Part shown: positions 62,401 through 64,000 of the stretch, piece after piece
Numbering within the stretch: position 1 is the first letter of the stretch
How the letters are laid out: every line of letters starts with the position of its first letter
Assembly: GCA_002104905.1 (NCBI GenBank)
Contig: MCFE01000292.1
Location: 38,105 to 102,104, forward strand
From: Basidiobolus meristosporus CBS 931.73
Lineage: Eukaryota > Fungi > Basidiobolomycota
Length of the DNA stretch: 64,000 bases
Direction: 5' to 3'
Notes under the pieces: generated by a model
What the model saw: only the letters and a program-made list of their open reading frames with translations
Told to the model about the DNA's origin: nothing
Database searches by the model: none
Position numbers and translations under genes: made by a program

Positions 62401-64000
62401 AGATCCAGGGACTAGACTTTAAGGAAACATTTGCTCCGGTTGCCAAGTTTAACTCTATTAGGACAGTTCTAGCCCTGGCAGCTGTACACAGTCTAGATCT
62501 ACACCAAATGGACGTCAAAACAGCCTTTCTAAATGGGGATTTGCAAGAAACTATATATATGGAGCAACCAGAAGGTTTTACCGATCCAAAAAGCCCCCAT
62601 AAGGTGTGCAAACTTAGAAAATTGTTGTATGGGCTTAAGCAGGCACCCAGAGCATGGTATAACAAGATTGACACATATCTAGAGGAAATTGGGTTCTCTC
62701 GTAGCACTGCAGATCACAGTATATATGTGAAACAGCTCAAAAAGGGTGTGATCATCCTAGTTCTTTATGTGGACGACCTAATTATAGCTACAAGTGATCA
62801 AGAGGCACTTAAACAGACGAAATCAGATCTCTTCAGCAAGTTTGAGATGAAAGATCTTGGAAAATTGAGCTATTTTCTTGGAATTGAGGTCAAATTTGAC
62901 ATACCTACGCAGAAAATTGTGCTGAATCAGTCTAAGTACATCAGGGACATTCTTAGACGCTTCAAAATGGAAAATTGCAAACCTGCAGCAACCCCTATGG
63001 ACAATAACCTGAAATTAAGCAAATCTCAGCCAGTTATAGATGAAAACGGCTCAAATATGGACCAAAACTTTCCCTATCAATCAATGGTTGGTAGCCTAAT
63101 GTACTTGATGGTGTCTACACGTCCAGATATTGCAGTAGCAGTTGGAATAGTCAGTCAATTCATGCAGAATTATGGATCAGATCAAATTGCAGCAGTTAAG
63201 CGGATTTTCAGATATCTACAAGGTACCATAAATATGGTACTGGAATACTCTGGAGCAGCTAATAGGCAAAAATTTGATGGTTATAGTGATTCAGATTGGG
63301 GTAGGGATCTGATTGACAGACGCTCTACCACAGGCTATGTATTTCTTTATGCTGGTGCAGCTATTACTTGGAATTGCAAGAAACAACCAACTGTGGCACT
63401 ATCTACAACTGAAGCCAAATATATGGCTGCATGTCAAGCAACTAAGGAGGCTATATGGCTACAAAAATTATTCAAAGACTTAGGTTTTAATTCAGGTGAA
63501 CCAACATGTATTTACAAGGATAATCAAAGTTGTATTTCATTAGCTAGAAATCCTACTAATCATGCCAGAACTAAGCACATTGATATACAGCATCACTTTG
63601 TGAGGGAAGCTGTAGAAAATAACTTAGTAGAGCTGGTTTACTGCCCAACTGACAAAATGGTGGCAGACATATTGACAAAACCACTAGCTAGGCCACAGTT
63701 TGAGATCCTTAGAGAGAAATTGGGATTAAGAAATTATTTAGTTGAGGGGGAGTGTTGAAATATTGGACTATTTGGTATCATTCAGCAGCTAAAAATTTAC
63801 TTAACAATTCTAGGCTAGTCTTAGTCACTGTAGGACTCATTTACTGCCTTAACTTTGCCACTTTCTCCAGATATATGATCTTATGATTATTCCCCTATAG
63901 TCAGGATCAAATTAGCACTATTACCAAACATTATGTACTAACCCTGAAACTGTTACAGAATGCTCCTGAATATTGAGAAACCCTCCCTACTTAGTGTTGC
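59436..64000 (+). mobile_element. Young Ty1/Copia retrotransposon; 3' LTR starts at 63753 and runs off the window
   Basis: 5' LTR 59436-59804 (TGTTG...CAACA); PBS GGTTATGAGCC at 59805 (Ty5/copia-type tRNAiMet half-molecule site); PPT GAGGGGGAG. One mismatch over the 248 bp of LTR that can be compared. Confidence 0.97.
59841..63758 (+). CDS. Copia gag-pol polyprotein, 1305 aa
   Basis: Zinc knuckle CNYCKKPGHWAREC; protease WYIDSGASQHIC; integrase HSDICGP, RSDNGGEY, NGVAERANR; RT LYVDDL; RNase H YSDSDWG, STTEAKY, DNQS, ADILTK. Confidence 0.97.
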   Translation: MTSTSKQSNTNIFPVKERFDGKNYRLWRIKMQIHLEERKLWNIVTGKEVEPKGTAEDVEKFQEKERKAFNAICINVQDSFIGQIHASNTAKAAWESLEKIFRAKSVSSKLYLKRKFFNMRKKPDDDMLQLITRMETLAEELYSINAGVDDEEKILCLLCSLPDEYEPLILSFESREDNLTLDYVKGRLLHEELRRNDQAEKIEDNALFSSERHTEKKGKQQNRRKPGCCNYCKKPGHWARECKKKQADEKQKLEQANHITTDEQLFVTVQESASNRSNEWYIDSGASQHICGIKDWFSNLKTIPVRKVYLGDNSALEATASGSIQLNMSDNSGATTAKLTDVLYVPGIAKNLLSVSKATTQGLKFVFTKLSCSILSENGQKLASGIRDHNIYKLQCKIIVPEYVNIAETDETNWETWHRRLGHIGEQKMSQLVKNQLVLGLKYSIPIKLNVCKGCSYGKQARQRFKSSEGINTTEILAIVHSDICGPMRTLSFGAKRYFMTFIDDKTRYTWVYFLKTKDEALETFKHFKNMAETQTGCKLKVLRSDNGGEYCSKEFAKYCLSTGILQQTTVPHTPQQNGVAERANRTIVEMGRSMLHDKGMDYKFWAESVATAVYIKNRCPTTALRDSTPFEAYTGKKPDLQHLRIFGSDVFYHIPDKKRSKLEPKSRKGIFLGYCEGTKGYRVYDGEIQKLIKSRDVVFEENSDQKATEIIGQLPDDAINTNEEDTYQIQPEMEDTSTSSRSEQIIPVRRSTRIRNAPGSWWQTSNDHEEAYLALCAEPQNLEQAMQGPDATKWQQAMQEEYQSLIKAKTWELVDLPNGRKPIGCRWVYKIKITSNGAVDKYKARLVAKGYSQIQGLDFKETFAPVAKFNSIRTVLALAAVHSLDLHQMDVKTAFLNGDLQETIYMEQPEGFTDPKSPHKVCKLRKLLYGLKQAPRAWYNKIDTYLEEIGFSRSTADHSIYVKQLKKGVIILVLYVDDLIIATSDQEALKQTKSDLFSKFEMKDLGKLSYFLGIEVKFDIPTQKIVLNQSKYIRDILRRFKMENCKPAATPMDNNLKLSKSQPVIDENGSNMDQNFPYQSMVGSLMYLMVSTRPDIAVAVGIVSQFMQNYGSDQIAAVKRIFRYLQGTINMVLEYSGAANRQKFDGYSDSDWGRDLIDRRSTTGYVFLYAGAAITWNCKKQPTVALSTTEAKYMAACQATKEAIWLQKLFKDLGFNSGEPTCIYKDNQSCISLARNPTNHARTKHIDIQHHFVREAVENNLVELVYCPTDKMVADILTKPLARPQFEILREKLGLRNYLVEGEC

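Noticed and set aside
1-64000. CRISPR arrays, rRNA, tRNA genes, or a prokaryotic/contaminant origin of the 1-15 kb cluster
   Set aside because: No repeat-spacer array or RNA-gene signature was seen by eye. The cluster has an intron, TATA boxes, a GPI-like tail and a piggyBac insertion, and is contiguous with eukaryotic TEs.

Overview
This is eukaryotic, most likely fungal, genomic DNA. Support: a 52-nt GT-AG intron, TATA-led compact genes, Ty1/Copia and DNA transposons, and fungal-type secretion and GPI signals. An early-diverging lineage is suspected but not provable from this window. There are three zones. (1) 1.3-15.2 kb: a tandemly duplicated cluster of bacterial-like genes. It holds a GPI-tailed SH3b plus peptidase-like protein with its metal ligands lost, two phosphodiester-glycosidase (NAGPA-like) genes, and three secreted DUF6973-like genes (one with a single stop). 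A degenerate piggyBac sits inside the second repeat unit. (2) 25.4-32.1 kb: a CpG-rich gene island with a uridine/purine nucleoside phosphorylase and a head-to-head pair of KCTD-type BTB genes. (3) 15.5-24.5 kb and 32-64 kb: CpG-depleted nested transposon arrays. These contain three ~3.4-kb two-ORF Harbinger-like elements with 15-bp TIRs and AAA/AAT target duplications, solo LTRs, a non-autonomous LTR element carrying non-gag/pol cargo, a CACTA (Transposase_21) remnant, an unclassified multi-copy element, a rearranged Copia, and a young Copia with an open ORF whose RNase H catalytic Glu appears mutated to Lys. All family assignments come from motif recognition; no database search was run.
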